64,000 bases of DNA from Terriglobia bacterium (GCA_963807955.1 CAWEDQ010000003.1:32578-96577); one strand, 5' to 3'; counted from the first letter of the stretch, positions 27,260-36,427 are shown. The notes: generated from the sequence alone by a model not told the origin. Translations and numbers: made by a program.

Positions 27260-27472
27260 TTATGACGCCATCCGTTGTATGGTTATGCCGGCGCCGTTGG
27301 CTTCGTATCCTTCGTCCCTAAGAGTCTTGAGCGCTGACTGGCGCAACGCGGCATCGTCGGCATTCTTCGGCAGATCGCAGTAACGGCGAATCACTTCTTC
27401 ACCTGCCTGTATGCGGACCGCCCATTTGGATTTCGTCCCATCCCAGATTACTTCCACTCGATCAGCTTGCAT
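27260..27472 (-). CDS. hypothetical small protein
   Basis: The ATG at 27472 is preceded by AGGAGG. 70 aa: MQADRVEVIWDGTKSKWAVRIQAGEEVIRRY.... No family recognised. Confidence 0.5.
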   Translation of the reverse strand: MQADRVEVIWDGTKSKWAVRIQAGEEVIRRYCDLPKNADDAALRQSALKTLRDEGYEANGAGITIQRMAS

Positions 27473-27522
27473 GGTTCCTCCTGGCTGGATCTTCTTTTCG
27501 CGGCACCCTGACAAAGATGGCT

Positions 27523-28218
27523 CTAGCAGAGCATAGTTTTCAGATTCGGACTCACAATCAGCTTTGCTTCCGTAGCTTTCTGTACATCTGCCGCCGTCAG
27601 TCCCTCGGCGATCTCTTCCAGCACCAGCCCCTGCGGCGTCACACTGATGTATGCCATCTCAGTCACAATTGTGTTCACCACCTTCAAGCCGGTAAGCGGC
27701 AGCGTGCATCTGGTCAGGATCTTTGGCGCGCCCTCTCTGGTGGTGTGCTCCATGGCGATCACGGTCCTGCGCGCTCCAGCCACCAGGTCCATGGCGCCGC
27801 CCATGCCTTTCACCATCTTGCCCGGGATCATCCAGTTTGCCAGATTGCCTTCTTCATCCACTTCCATTGCGCCCAGCACGCTAAAGTCAATGTGCCCGCC
27901 GCGGATCATGGCAAAAGAGTCTGCGCTGGAGAAATATGCCGTGCCGGGAATTTCCGTCACCGTTTCCTTGCCGGCATTAATCAGGTCAGCGTCCTCTTCG
28001 CCTTCAAAGGGAAAAGGCCCGACCCCGAGCATTCCATTTTCGCTTTGCAGCACCACTTCCACGCCCTCAGGAACGTAGTTGGCCACCAGTGTGGGCATGC
28101 CGATTCCCAGGTTCACATAGAAGCCATCGCGCAGATCGCGGGCAATGCGTTTCACGATCCGTTCCCGCTTCTCCACGTCTTTCTGTTTTTCCTGCTTGTT
28201 CAGAGGTGTTGTCGCCAT
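27523..28218 (-). CDS. scoB: 3-oxoacid CoA-transferase subunit B
   Basis: 231 aa. LQSENGMLG (catalytic Glu region) and GAMDLV motifs of family I CoA-transferase beta subunits. Confidence 0.92.
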   Translation of the reverse strand: MATTPLNKQEKQKDVEKRERIVKRIARDLRDGFYVNLGIGMPTLVANYVPEGVEVVLQSENGMLGVGPFPFEGEEDADLINAGKETVTEIPGTAYFSSADSFAMIRGGHIDFSVLGAMEVDEEGNLANWMIPGKMVKGMGGAMDLVAGARRTVIAMEHTTREGAPKILTRCTLPLTGLKVVNTIVTEMAYISVTPQGLVLEEIAEGLTAADVQKATEAKLIVSPNLKTMLC

Positions 28219-28220
28219 AA

Positions 28221-28739
28221 TTAGTTTTCTTCCCTGATCTCATCGCCCACACAGATCGGGCCGCTTTGCAGTATCTCTGCCCGTAAACCACCGCGATGCT
28301 TCAACGCTCGAATCACTTCTTTGCTGGTCAGTTTCTTCAGATGACTGCAGGGCTCGCAGAGTTTTAGTCCGCGCAAGCGAACTTCGCCAATGCGAAACTC
28401 TCGCCCCACCAGATGATTCAAGGCGATGCCCATGGTGAGAATATTGCGTCGCGATTCCGCTGCACTCAACTCCAGTTTGTAATCTCGAGCAGCTGCGTCC
28501 AGAGCCTCTTGTTCGATCAACGTAACCTGATTGCTGGGCAGCTTTTGCGAAAACGTTCCAGTTTCGCGCGCGTAACGGTCGCCTTCCAGCCCTACTCCGC
28601 TGATCGCTTTTACTTCAGGCACCGGCATCATCGGCTCCATGCGTTCAGGGCCGACGTGAATGGCCACTACAACGCCATTGTTTACACGGCGTTTCAAATC
28701 CACCAGTGGCTGTTCCCGCACTTCACTGTTGCCTGGCAT
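28221..28739 (-). CDS. MOSC domain-containing protein
   Basis: 172 aa. [46 protein letters not shown] (conserved MOSC Cys). 6-nt and 2-nt gaps to the flanking CoA-transferase genes. Confidence 0.85.
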   Translation of the reverse strand: MPGNSEVREQPLVDLKRRVNNGVVVAIHVGPERMEPMMPVPEVKAISGVGLEGDRYARETGTFSQKLPSNQVTLIEQEALDAAARDYKLELSAAESRRNILTMGIALNHLVGREFRIGEVRLRGLKLCEPCSHLKKLTSKEVIRALKHRGGLRAEILQSGPICVGDEIREEN

Positions 28740-28745
28740 ACGGCT

Positions 28746-29459
28746 TTACTCCACTAATGCCCGTTTACGTACTGTGCGCTTTTCAATTCTTTTCTCGCCG
28801 CCCGTCGCAAGCACAACTCGCTTCACGTACACGCTGGGAACATGGATTCCATCTGGATTGAGAGCTCCGGTTTCCACGATCTCCTCAACTTCGGCGATGG
28901 TAACTCTTGCCGCCGTCGCCATCACCGGATTGAAATTCCGGGCGGTCTTGCGGAACATCAGGTTGCCCCAGCGATCGGCCTTCCATGCTTTCACCAGAGC
29001 AAAGTCCGCCTTGAGCGCCTTTTCCATTACATAAAGACGGCCATCAAAGTCGCGCGTCTCTTTGCCTTGCGCCACAAGGGTTCCCGCGCCCGTGGGTGTG
29101 AAAAACGCCGGAATGCCCGCTCCGCCGGCGCGAATCCGCTCTGCCAGTGTTCCCTGTGGATTGAGTTCAAGCTCCACCTTGCCGGTCAGCACCATCTGCT
29201 CAAAGACTTTGTTTTCGCCCACGTATGAGCCAATGTGCTTTCTGATCTGCCCGGTATGCAGAAGCTTTCCCAGGCCGAAGGTATCCACACCGGCATTGTT
29301 GGAGATAGTGGTAAGGTTCCGGACGCCCTTGCGAACCAGCGCTTCAATCAGCTCTTCCGGAATCCCGCACAGGCCGAATCCCCCGACCATGATGGTGGCG
29401 CCGTCCTGCACATCGCGGACCGCCTCGTCTGCATTGGCAACGACTTTATTCATAAACAC
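28746..29459 (-). CDS. scoA: 3-oxoacid CoA-transferase subunit A
   Basis: 237 aa. [16 protein letters not shown] and SYVGEN motifs of family I CoA-transferase alpha subunits. Confidence 0.92.
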   Translation of the reverse strand: MFMNKVVANADEAVRDVQDGATIMVGGFGLCGIPEELIEALVRKGVRNLTTISNNAGVDTFGLGKLLHTGQIRKHIGSYVGENKVFEQMVLTGKVELELNPQGTLAERIRAGGAGIPAFFTPTGAGTLVAQGKETRDFDGRLYVMEKALKADFALVKAWKADRWGNLMFRKTARNFNPVMATAARVTIAEVEEIVETGALNPDGIHVPSVYVKRVVLATGGEKRIEKRTVRKRALVE

Positions 29460-29569
29460 AAGATTCTATAGAGCGTGGAGGAGGGCTGCAAATGGCAGTG
29501 TCTCGATTACGTATTTCCAACGCGCAGCAGTTTTCACCGATTCATTGCGCGGTAGCATTGCTTGCGGTC

Positions 29570-31639
29570 TTAAGTGGCGTGCCGCCGCAGCGAGTCGTTG
29601 ACCAGCGTGTGCGCCTGCGAGATCTGTCCAGTAGACATGCGGCGTTCGAGCGCAGCACTCTCGGCGCGACTGCGGCCGTCACCGACGGCCGCTCCCAATA
29701 AAAACCATTGGTCAGCTAAGACTAAATTGGGGACAGAACCGATCCCTTGCTCATACATCATGCCAAGCCTGTAGCGGGCGTCTCGCGTTTCGCTCGGCGT
29801 CAAGCTGCGAGTCAGCGAATCCATGGTTGCCCTATCGATCGCCTGGCCGGCATTTCGGGCCATGGCCAGCCATACATACGCGGCGATACGGTCGTCCGCT
29901 ACTCCGCCGTTTTGCAAAGAGAGTGCGAGCCCCAGCCGGCGCTGTGCAACAGAATCACCTTTGGCAGCCGCTTGCTCATATAGGGCCAGTCGGTGCCGGT
30001 CAGTCAGCAATCCCGTCACTTCATCCACTTCTGAAGATTGCTTTGCTTCCGATACGCGCTGCCCGCCATTCGAAGCCCGGTGCGAACTGGGAGCCCATAG
30101 ATAAAAGAACATCACTGCCAGCGCAATGATCACCGCGAAAACGACTGCGGCCTTCAATGCTAACCCTGAACTCGGCTCTTCAACTGTGTGTGTCCAATGC
30201 AGGCCTGTCTCGCTCACTGATTTTTGCTTGAGATCTGCCTCTTGATTGATCTCTGGTTCGGTTGCCGGTTCCTGGTCTTCGTGCCGGCGATTTTCTGAAC
30301 CCGCTTCTCGAAATTCCTTGATCCAGGGCAAGCCTGTCTCGCTCGCAGGTTCTTGCTTCAGATCTGCTCTTTGATAGAGCTCCGCCTCTTGATAGAGGGC
30401 TGGTTGAGATGCCGGTTCCTGACCTTCATTCTTCGTCTGGGGTTTAGCGTCCGCTTCCTGCCGCCTGGGAATCAGTGTGTGCGACTCAAGCGTTGGTTCA
30501 GGGCCGACCCGTGAGAGTGTAATCATTCGCGGCCGGCCGGGAGAGCGCTGGACGGTAGCGGCGATGCCACTCTTGCGTAACTCTTGTGTGCGATTTTCAA
30601 CCGCATCAGAAATCTCTTCCACCGAAACGCCGGTATCGGCCGCAAGCTCACCGATCGTGCCGGACCACATTCCCTGACGATCGGTTGCCCATGCGGCTAT
30701 TTGCTGCACGTGTGCCGCAGTTGTAATGGACCTCTCATTCACCGACACATCAATTCGTGCGATGGGCTTCTCATTCAGCGGTGTTTCCACTGGAGATGCA
30801 CCAGAAGTATCTACTCCGGGTGCGTCAGGTTGATCAACTCGAAGTGCATCCTTAATCCGCTGTTGCCAACTCTCGGTTTGCGGGGGAAGTTCGCCGCAGA
30901 GCCTGTCAATATTCCGCAACACTCCGCCACTGCTGGCCGCGATTTTTGCTGACTGTTCGGGACTGATAGGGCCTCTGCCAAGCGCAGTTATCCGGGCGCG
31001 GATGTACTCGACCGTTTGCTCCGCGTTCAATGGCGCAATTGTCCTGACTCCGGCGGTTCGTTCCCGTATCCCGCTTGCGTCTGGCTCTGCCAGCAGATCA
31101 TGCAGGCCGGGCAGCCCGGCCAGCAACAGGGTGAATCTTGGTGGACGGGCAGTGTCGCGGTCGAGCAGAGCAGAAAGGCTTCCCAGGGTGGCGGGGCTGA
31201 GGTTGTGCGCGTCGTCAATGGCCAGCACCAGCCTCTTTCCGTCTGCCTCTGCATGGCGTAGCAGGTTTTCAAACTGGCCTTGCGCGGCCTTCAGGTCAAG
31301 TGGAGGCGGTTCACTTGATCCCATTTCAGACAACAGGTGTTCAATGAAATCCTTAGGTTCGAACAGAGTCCAGAACACGAACGCGGTTCGGGCCTCTTCC
31401 TTCATTCGCTCGACTGCGGAACGCAGCAGTACTGTCTTGCCAAGCCCGGGGGCGGAAACCAGCACTTTCACGTTGGCCAGGCCGGCCACGGGTGAGCACA
31501 GGGAATCCAGGATCTCAGCGTATCCGCCGCCAAGATACAACCACTCAGGATTTCCAGTGGCCCCGCCCCTGGTTGTGGTTGGCGGTTCACGCTCGAAAGA
31601 GCTGGACAAAAAAATCTTCCTTGCAGCGTTAAAACCCAT
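29570..31639 (-). CDS. ExeA/GspA-like AAA+ ATPase, TM helix, C-terminal Sel1 repeats
   Basis: Walker A SAPGLGKTVLL and Walker B LVLAIDDAHNL (AAA_22/ExeA-like). Central charged tandem repeat ADLKQ(E/K)..SETGL.W. TM segment AAVVFAVIIALAVMFFYLWAP. Sel1-like repeats (AAKGDSVAQRRLGLAL..., ARYRLGMMYEQGIGSVPNLVLADQWF). Confidence 0.8.
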   Translation of the reverse strand: MGFNAARKIFLSSSFEREPPTTTRGGATGNPEWLYLGGGYAEILDSLCSPVAGLANVKVLVSAPGLGKTVLLRSAVERMKEEARTAFVFWTLFEPKDFIEHLLSEMGSSEPPPLDLKAAQGQFENLLRHAEADGKRLVLAIDDAHNLSPATLGSLSALLDRDTARPPRFTLLLAGLPGLHDLLAEPDASGIRERTAGVRTIAPLNAEQTVEYIRARITALGRGPISPEQSAKIAASSGGVLRNIDRLCGELPPQTESWQQRIKDALRVDQPDAPGVDTSGASPVETPLNEKPIARIDVSVNERSITTAAHVQQIAAWATDRQGMWSGTIGELAADTGVSVEEISDAVENRTQELRKSGIAATVQRSPGRPRMITLSRVGPEPTLESHTLIPRRQEADAKPQTKNEGQEPASQPALYQEAELYQRADLKQEPASETGLPWIKEFREAGSENRRHEDQEPATEPEINQEADLKQKSVSETGLHWTHTVEEPSSGLALKAAVVFAVIIALAVMFFYLWAPSSHRASNGGQRVSEAKQSSEVDEVTGLLTDRHRLALYEQAAAKGDSVAQRRLGLALSLQNGGVADDRIAAYVWLAMARNAGQAIDRATMDSLTRSLTPSETRDARYRLGMMYEQGIGSVPNLVLADQWFLLGAAVGDGRSRAESAALERRMSTGQISQAHTLVNDSLRRHAT

Positions 31640-31652
31640 ACAGCACCTTGAG

Positions 31653-32003
31653 CTAGCTGGCTACGCGCTCTTTCGTCTCATTGTTCGTAAGTGCGCTACG
31701 GAGTTTGTCGCGCACAGCTCCCGGCAACTCGTCAAACCTTCGCAGGATCCGTTCGGCCGCGGCAAGAGTCTCGAACTGCTCGCGCACATCCGGATCATCC
31801 ACCTCGTTGATTCCCCCTGCCACCCGGGAAACTTCGATTGCGGTAATGAATGCGGTACCTGCCTCCACAGCACTGGCGATGTCAGTCAGCTCTGCTTTGC
31901 TGGGATCGAATCGGGTCCAGGCCCTGATTTGCAGTTTGTAATAGCTGTCGGGTGAAGTGGCCTTGACTGGCGCGAGTGCGATGTCCTGAAGATTTTCTGG
32001 CAT
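31653..32003 (-). CDS. hypothetical protein, upstream partner of the AAA+/Sel1 gene
   Basis: 116 aa with protein-like composition. SD AAGGAA upstream. Its stop is 13 nt before the ATPase start. No family recognised. Confidence 0.55.
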   Translation of the reverse strand: MPENLQDIALAPVKATSPDSYYKLQIRAWTRFDPSKAELTDIASAVEAGTAFITAIEVSRVAGGINEVDDPDVREQFETLAAAERILRRFDELPGAVRDKLRSALTNNETKERVAS

Positions 32004-32359
32004 GTAGAGATTCCTTGATGAGGGAGCTAGTTTGAGTCGGCTGGCCGCAGAAGACGTGCCGTGCTGCGGCTTGCTACTCGAAGTTTGCCGGCTAGTATAC
32101 AGCAGCTATTTGCGCTCGTCGGCGGGTTCAACCAAATCTTCCAGCTACTCACAGCAGCTACTCTGCTAAATGATGTGACACCTGACATTATTGCGAAGCT
32201 AGAACTAAGGCGGATGGAGTGGTCCTTTGCTGGGCAATAAGTTGAGAGAACAACAATTCCAGTGAGTACAAATGCCAGGGAGGTTCTTAGTTTGTTCATA
32301 AAGTTCTTAGTCTCGGGAAGACAACGAACTCCCTTGCCTCCAAGCCGGAGTGCCGTTTT

Positions 32360-32375
32360 ATGAGAATGTTCTCAT
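32360..32375. promoter_or_regulatory. 7-2-7 perfect palindrome in an AT-rich divergent intergenic region
   Basis: ATGAGAA-TG-TTCTCAT, between the minus-strand operon (start 32003) and the plus-strand small Cys/His gene (32517). Confidence 0.35.
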
Positions 32376-32516
32376 TGCACCGGGACTGGGCTTCGCGAAA
32401 GTCTTCGCGTGTGCAAAAGTGAACAGCCTAATGAGTTTCAGTCGGATATTCTTTTTTCAACTGCAGCTGACCACAACCTGGGAGCTGTTTTATCTGTTCG
32501 ATTTATAGAGGCAATA

Positions 32517-32720
32517 ATGTTTACCAGCCAATCTTTCCATTTTATACACCAGGTCTATCCAGGGAACCACGCAATCACAGAGTCGCGTTGTTCCCAATGT
32601 TGTGTTCTGGTTGCAGCAGGAGCTGAGGATAAGTACCTGGCCATTGCCGAAGCCGTCCACAAATGCAGGATTATCGCCGCCCCGCGTCTTACCCGGGAGG
32701 ATTTCACAAGCTTGCACTAA
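32517..32720 (+). CDS. small Cys/His protein, paralogue family member 3
   Basis: From M37 of ORF 32409-32720, 67 aa: ...NHAITESRCSQCCVLVAAG...AEAVHKC aligns with 7709-7921 and 9912-10106. SD-like AGAGG upstream. Confidence 0.5.
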   Translation: MFTSQSFHFIHQVYPGNHAITESRCSQCCVLVAAGAEDKYLAIAEAVHKCRIIAAPRLTREDFTSLH

Positions 32721-32777
32721 CGCAACCGTGTGGGGAGAGCAGTGGGTATTCCCGCTGCTTAACACTGAGCGATCAAC

Positions 32778-33434
32778 TCAAGGCGTGATACTGATTTTCT
32801 TTTTCGCGTTTTCTATCAAGCCGTTTTCAACCGTAGCCCACTGGTCGTGCGCTTTGCCGCCTTCGCGCAGTTCGTTAGCGGTGAAGCCGGTTGACGCAAC
32901 ATCTTCGCCATAAATGATCATCATCTCTTTGCGTCTTTGCGCATCCATCAGGTGCACCAGCCGAACGTAGGCCATTCCCGCCGGCATGCTCAATCCCTTC
33001 GCCCTGATAAGGGCCTCAACATGCTCCCTGTCCGAACCGGCCGTGATCTTTTCCTGGTCCGAGCGCACCCATGTATCCACAAAAAAATCCATTCCGCCGA
33101 TCGTGACGTGCCGCGTGGAATCGTATTCGTAATGCAGGTCCGGCTTGGACGGAATGTATCCCTCGAACTGTATCCAATACAGCGCCTTCACATTGTTCTG
33201 TCTATCGGGTTCCGCGAAGGCATGCAGCTCGCAATCAGCCACTCCGTAAAGAGTCCACCTGTCCGCTCCGGCATACTTCACCGCCTTCGGCAACTGGATG
33301 CGCACTGCCGGGTCATGAGTAGAGCTGACGATGGATCCATCGACTTTGCGATCGGGCTTCTGTGTCTGGCCCACAAGCCCCGCGATCAAAATAAAACTGC
33401 CGAAGCACGCCTTCAGTAAGTTTTTCATCTTCAT
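32778..33434 (-). CDS. hypothetical secreted protein
   Basis: 218 aa. Signal peptide MKMKNLLKACFGSFILIAGLVGQ. No family recognised. Confidence 0.7.
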   Translation of the reverse strand: MKMKNLLKACFGSFILIAGLVGQTQKPDRKVDGSIVSSTHDPAVRIQLPKAVKYAGADRWTLYGVADCELHAFAEPDRQNNVKALYWIQFEGYIPSKPDLHYEYDSTRHVTIGGMDFFVDTWVRSDQEKITAGSDREHVEALIRAKGLSMPAGMAYVRLVHLMDAQRRKEMMIIYGEDVASTGFTANELREGGKAHDQWATVENGLIENAKKKISITP

Positions 33435-33522
33435 CGTGTCTTGGACGTGAGACCGGGTGAAAGGTTTAAGCGTGCGGCTCGGCGTTCGATCATCAGATCT
33501 CCCGATTACCAGAAGGCTCCGG

Positions 33523-34926
33523 TTACTCGCCCTCCGCCAGCAATCGCAACAGCCGCTTCCCTTCCGGCCAGTCGCCTAGACCGGAGTCGCCATTCACGTG
33601 CCCGGCCATGCCGATATCCACCAACCGGCTGCCCCACATACGCGCAATCTCCTTCGCCCTGTCCATGGCGAGATAAGGATCATTTCTGCTGGCAACCACC
33701 GTGGAAGGAAATGGCAGAGCTTTTTTCGATACCGGACCGAAGCTCTTGAGTTGCTGAGGAGTGTCTTTGCGGTCCACGTCCGCCGGCGCCACCAGAAGCG
33801 CTCCCTTGACCTTTTGTGCCAGTTGCGGCTGCGCTTCAACCCAATGTGCAATGGCGATGCAGCCCAGGCTATGGGCCGCGAACACAATCGGTCCCGGCGC
33901 CTGCTTCACTTCGTCAGTAATTTTTTCCAGCCACCATTCCCGGCGCGGGGCGTCCCAGTCTATTTGTTGTACGCGCAGGAAGATTGGGTTCTGCTGTTCC
34001 CATAACGTCTGCCAGTGTCGCGGTCCGGAGTTCTGCCATCCCGGGACCACCAGCACGGTGGACGCAACCTCTTTGTTTCCGAGTTCGAACTTATTCGCCC
34101 GCTCAAACTCGTCGCGCAACTCCGGTGTTCTGAGATTTTCGCGGATATGCGCGAGTCTCTGCTCCAACTGGTGCAGTGCCTTGCCGATGTTCTTCTCATT
34201 GGTGTAAGCAATGTCGCGCCACATGGAATATGGGCTTGACGATATGCGCGTCATCTCACGCAGCGCCCTGCCGCCGATGGCGTGCAGGTCAGGACTGTCC
34301 GCAAATTCTTCCACCAAAGTGGCAGCCAGGGCAGTGGAAATCATCTGGGGGACGTGGCTTATCCACGCACAAAGATGATCATGCTTTTCCGCTTCCATGC
34401 TCACCTGCCTGGCGCCAATTTTTTCCAGCAGTTCCCGAAAGAACTTGATCCTGCCGTGCTCCGCGTCCTGTCCAGGCTGCTTCACCAGAAGCCACGTGGC
34501 ATTGAGAAACAGTCTGGAATCGGCATTCTCAATGCCACCATGTTCTTTTCCCGCCATGGGATGGCCGCCGAGAAAGCGCACTATTGATTCAACCCCAAAG
34601 ACTGAGCGTGCGCGATCGAGAATTTCTTTTTTGGTGCTTCCCACGTCAGTGATGAGAGCGTTTGGCGATGAAAGCGGCCCGATCCGCTCGATGAGGTCGA
34701 TGATGGCGCCCACGGGAGTAGCCAGCACAATCAGGTCGCTTGCCTTTATGGCTTCCACTGGATCTTCCGTGCCCTGGTCGATGGCGCGCATCGCGCGTGC
34801 CCTGTCCAGAACATGCTGACGGTCGCAGCCGACGATCTTGCAACCGATCCCCGCCGCTTTCACGGCCAGTGCAAATGAGCCGCCGATCAGGCCCGTTCCG
34901 ATGATCGTGATCTGCTTGAATGGCAT
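33523..34926 (-). CDS. tyrA: prephenate dehydrogenase fused to a C-terminal RBBP9/YdeN-type alpha/beta serine hydrolase
   Basis: N-terminal part: ITIIGTGLIGGSFALA, GGHPMAG, HDHLCAWISHVPQ (TyrA). From about aa 289: VLVVPGWQNSGPRHWQ, AHSLGC (nucleophile elbow), SRNDPY, AGHVN. This is the YdeN-like hydrolase pattern with a Ser/Asp/His triad. Confidence 0.85.
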   Translation of the reverse strand: MPFKQITIIGTGLIGGSFALAVKAAGIGCKIVGCDRQHVLDRARAMRAIDQGTEDPVEAIKASDLIVLATPVGAIIDLIERIGPLSSPNALITDVGSTKKEILDRARSVFGVESIVRFLGGHPMAGKEHGGIENADSRLFLNATWLLVKQPGQDAEHGRIKFFRELLEKIGARQVSMEAEKHDHLCAWISHVPQMISTALAATLVEEFADSPDLHAIGGRALREMTRISSSPYSMWRDIAYTNEKNIGKALHQLEQRLAHIRENLRTPELRDEFERANKFELGNKEVASTVLVVPGWQNSGPRHWQTLWEQQNPIFLRVQQIDWDAPRREWWLEKITDEVKQAPGPIVFAAHSLGCIAIAHWVEAQPQLAQKVKGALLVAPADVDRKDTPQQLKSFGPVSKKALPFPSTVVASRNDPYLAMDRAKEIARMWGSRLVDIGMAGHVNGDSGLGDWPEGKRLLRLLAEGE

Positions 34927-34980
34927 TCTGAGAGACCAGTATATTATCGCGGATCAGCACTCATCGCAGACACGGTAATC

Positions 34981-35224
34981 AGCGAGTACCAAAGCGGCGA
35001 CAAAATTTAAATCACGGCGGGGGAAAGTATCCCTAAGGGCGAGGCCGAGCCTTATCACCGTAGCCACGAATCGCGCTCACAAGCGGTTTGGAGCGCAGCG
35101 ACAAAATAAAGAGTTATCCATAAGGGCTGCGGCCGAACACGCGCCGTCAGCCCGCTGCAACTGGAGCCTTGTCACCGTAGCCACGAATCACGCTCTCAAG
35201 CGGGTTGGAGCGGAGCGACAAAAT
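34981..35224. repeat. tandem REP-like array (units of 101 and 117 nt plus a truncated unit), each ending in inverted family C
   Basis: GAGCCTTATCACCGTAGCCACGAATCGCGCTCACAAGCGGTTTGGAGCGCAGCGACAAAAT (35047-35107) and GAGCCTTGTCACCGTAGCCACGAATCACGCTCTCAAGCGGGTTGGAGCGGAGCGACAAAAT (35164-35224). A truncated end is at 34981-35006. Confidence 0.85.
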
Positions 35225-35226
35225 GG

Positions 35227-35529
35227 TTAGACCGATTTCTTATGGCTCTGCTCTTCCGCAGCCGCCACGATTTCATGTTTCTGTATGTTGCGCATCACTT
35301 CAATCACTCGCTCATAGACGTGGTGAATGTCCTCATCCGGCAGCGGACCATGGTTGGCCTTGCGCACATTTTCAAAAATCATCTTTTCACGATGAGGCTC
35401 ATAGATTGGCATGCTCGTATTGCGCTTGAGCTTTCCGATTTCACGGGCGGCGTGGGCCCTCTGATTCAGTAGATCAACCATGCGGCGGTCTAATTCATCG
35501 ATCTTTTGGCGCCAGTCGACAATATCCAT
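35227..35529 (-). CDS. chorismate mutase (AroQ class)
   Basis: IDELDRRMVDLLNQRAHAAREIGKLK...PIYEPHREKMIF is the AroQ helical pattern. The ATG at 35529 is preferred over the TTG at 35547. Confidence 0.85.
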   Translation of the reverse strand: MDIVDWRQKIDELDRRMVDLLNQRAHAAREIGKLKRNTSMPIYEPHREKMIFENVRKANHGPLPDEDIHHVYERVIEVMRNIQKHEIVAAAEEQSHKKSV

Positions 35530-35611
35530 GGGGCAAGGCTCTTTCAAACCACAAAGTATTTACCGGGTAAACCTCACCTTATTAATATACACGACGGTTC
35601 ACTTAACTATG

Positions 35612-36427
35612 TTAGCTGCGGGAGTTTGGCGCGGCGGCGGCGACCTTAGTGCGCAAAGCCGTGATCAGTTCCGCAACTGCGTCAGCTTCGCGACCCTGGT
35701 TCTGTTCCACCGCCTGCACAATCGCACTTCCGACCGCGGCTGCGTCAGCGACTTTGCCTACTTCCTGAAAATGCTCTGCGGTCGATATCCCAAATCCCAC
35801 AACAATCGGCAGCTTCGTGTGCTTGCGAATCCGTTTCACCAGATCGCCGGCCTCACCGGCAAGCTGCTTCTGTTGTCCGGTAACACCCGTGCGCGAAACT
35901 GCATAAATAAATCCACTGCACGACTGGGCAATCTTCTTCAGGCGCGCGTCCGGGCTGGTTGGCGCAGCCAGAAAAACTGTATCCAGGTTGTGCTCCGCCA
36001 TTACACGACGATATTCGTCCGCCTCTTCAAGGGTCAGATCAGTGATGAGCGCTCCATCCACGCCTGCTCGCACACACTCTTCGGCAAAGCGCCTGATCCC
36101 CAGGCGAAGCACTGGGTTGAGATAGGAAAAGATGATCATCCCTGCTTCACTCTGTTCGCGAATCTCGGCAGCCATGTGCAGAACGTCCATCAGCGACGTC
36201 CCATGCCGCAGCGCCCGCTCGCTCGCCCGCTGAATGACCGGCCCGTCGGCCACAGGATCGCTGAACGGAACGCCGAGTTCAATTACATCGGCGCCGGCGC
36301 GGATCGCGGCCAATATGATCGCCTTGGTCGTTGCCAGGTCCGGATCGCCGCACGTGACATAGACCACCAGACCAGGTTTACGGGCGAAATGAATACGGCT
36401 GGTCGATTTTCCCTTACTCTGCGTCAT
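35612..36427 (-). CDS. trpA: tryptophan synthase alpha chain
   Basis: VVYVTCGDPDL and ELGVPFSDPVADGPVIQ motifs. The ATG at 36427 has SD GGAGA and gives a family-typical N-terminal length. The ORF itself opens at 36478 (TTG). Confidence 0.92.
   Translation of the reverse strand: MTQSKGKSTSRIHFARKPGLVVYVTCGDPDLATTKAIILAAIRAGADVIELGVPFSDPVADGPVIQRASERALRHGTSLMDVLHMAAEIREQSEAGMIIFSYLNPVLRLGIRRFAEECVRAGVDGALITDLTLEEADEYRRVMAEHNLDTVFLAAPTSPDARLKKIAQSCSGFIYAVSRTGVTGQQKQLAGEAGDLVKRIRKHTKLPIVVGFGISTAEHFQEVGKVADAAAVGSAIVQAVEQNQGREADAVAELITALRTKVAAAAPNSRS

Noticed and set aside
27517-28224. 235-aa plus-strand ORF
   Set aside because: Exact antisense of scoB; His/Arg/Cys-rich shadow frame.
29570-31639. 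Considered a TniB-like transposition ATPase or mobile element
   Set aside because: The P-loop module is of the broad AAA_22/ExeA type. There is no transposase, integrase, TniQ-like gene or terminal inverted repeat. The TM helix and Sel1 repeats point to an envelope protein.
31002-31955. 317-aa plus-strand ORF
   Set aside because: Antisense to the AAA+/Sel1 gene and its upstream partner. Ser/Arg/Ala-rich composition and no recognisable motifs.
32027-32299. 90-aa minus-strand ORF with a hydrophobic N-terminus
   Set aside because: No SD, low-complexity Ser-rich remainder, and it lies in AT-rich DNA. Possible, but the support is too weak to call.
34981-35224. Considered a CRISPR array
   Set aside because: There are only two to three degenerate units of ~100-117 nt with no unique spacers. 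The unit ends belong to a dispersed REP-like family also present at 25 kb. No cas genes are in the window.
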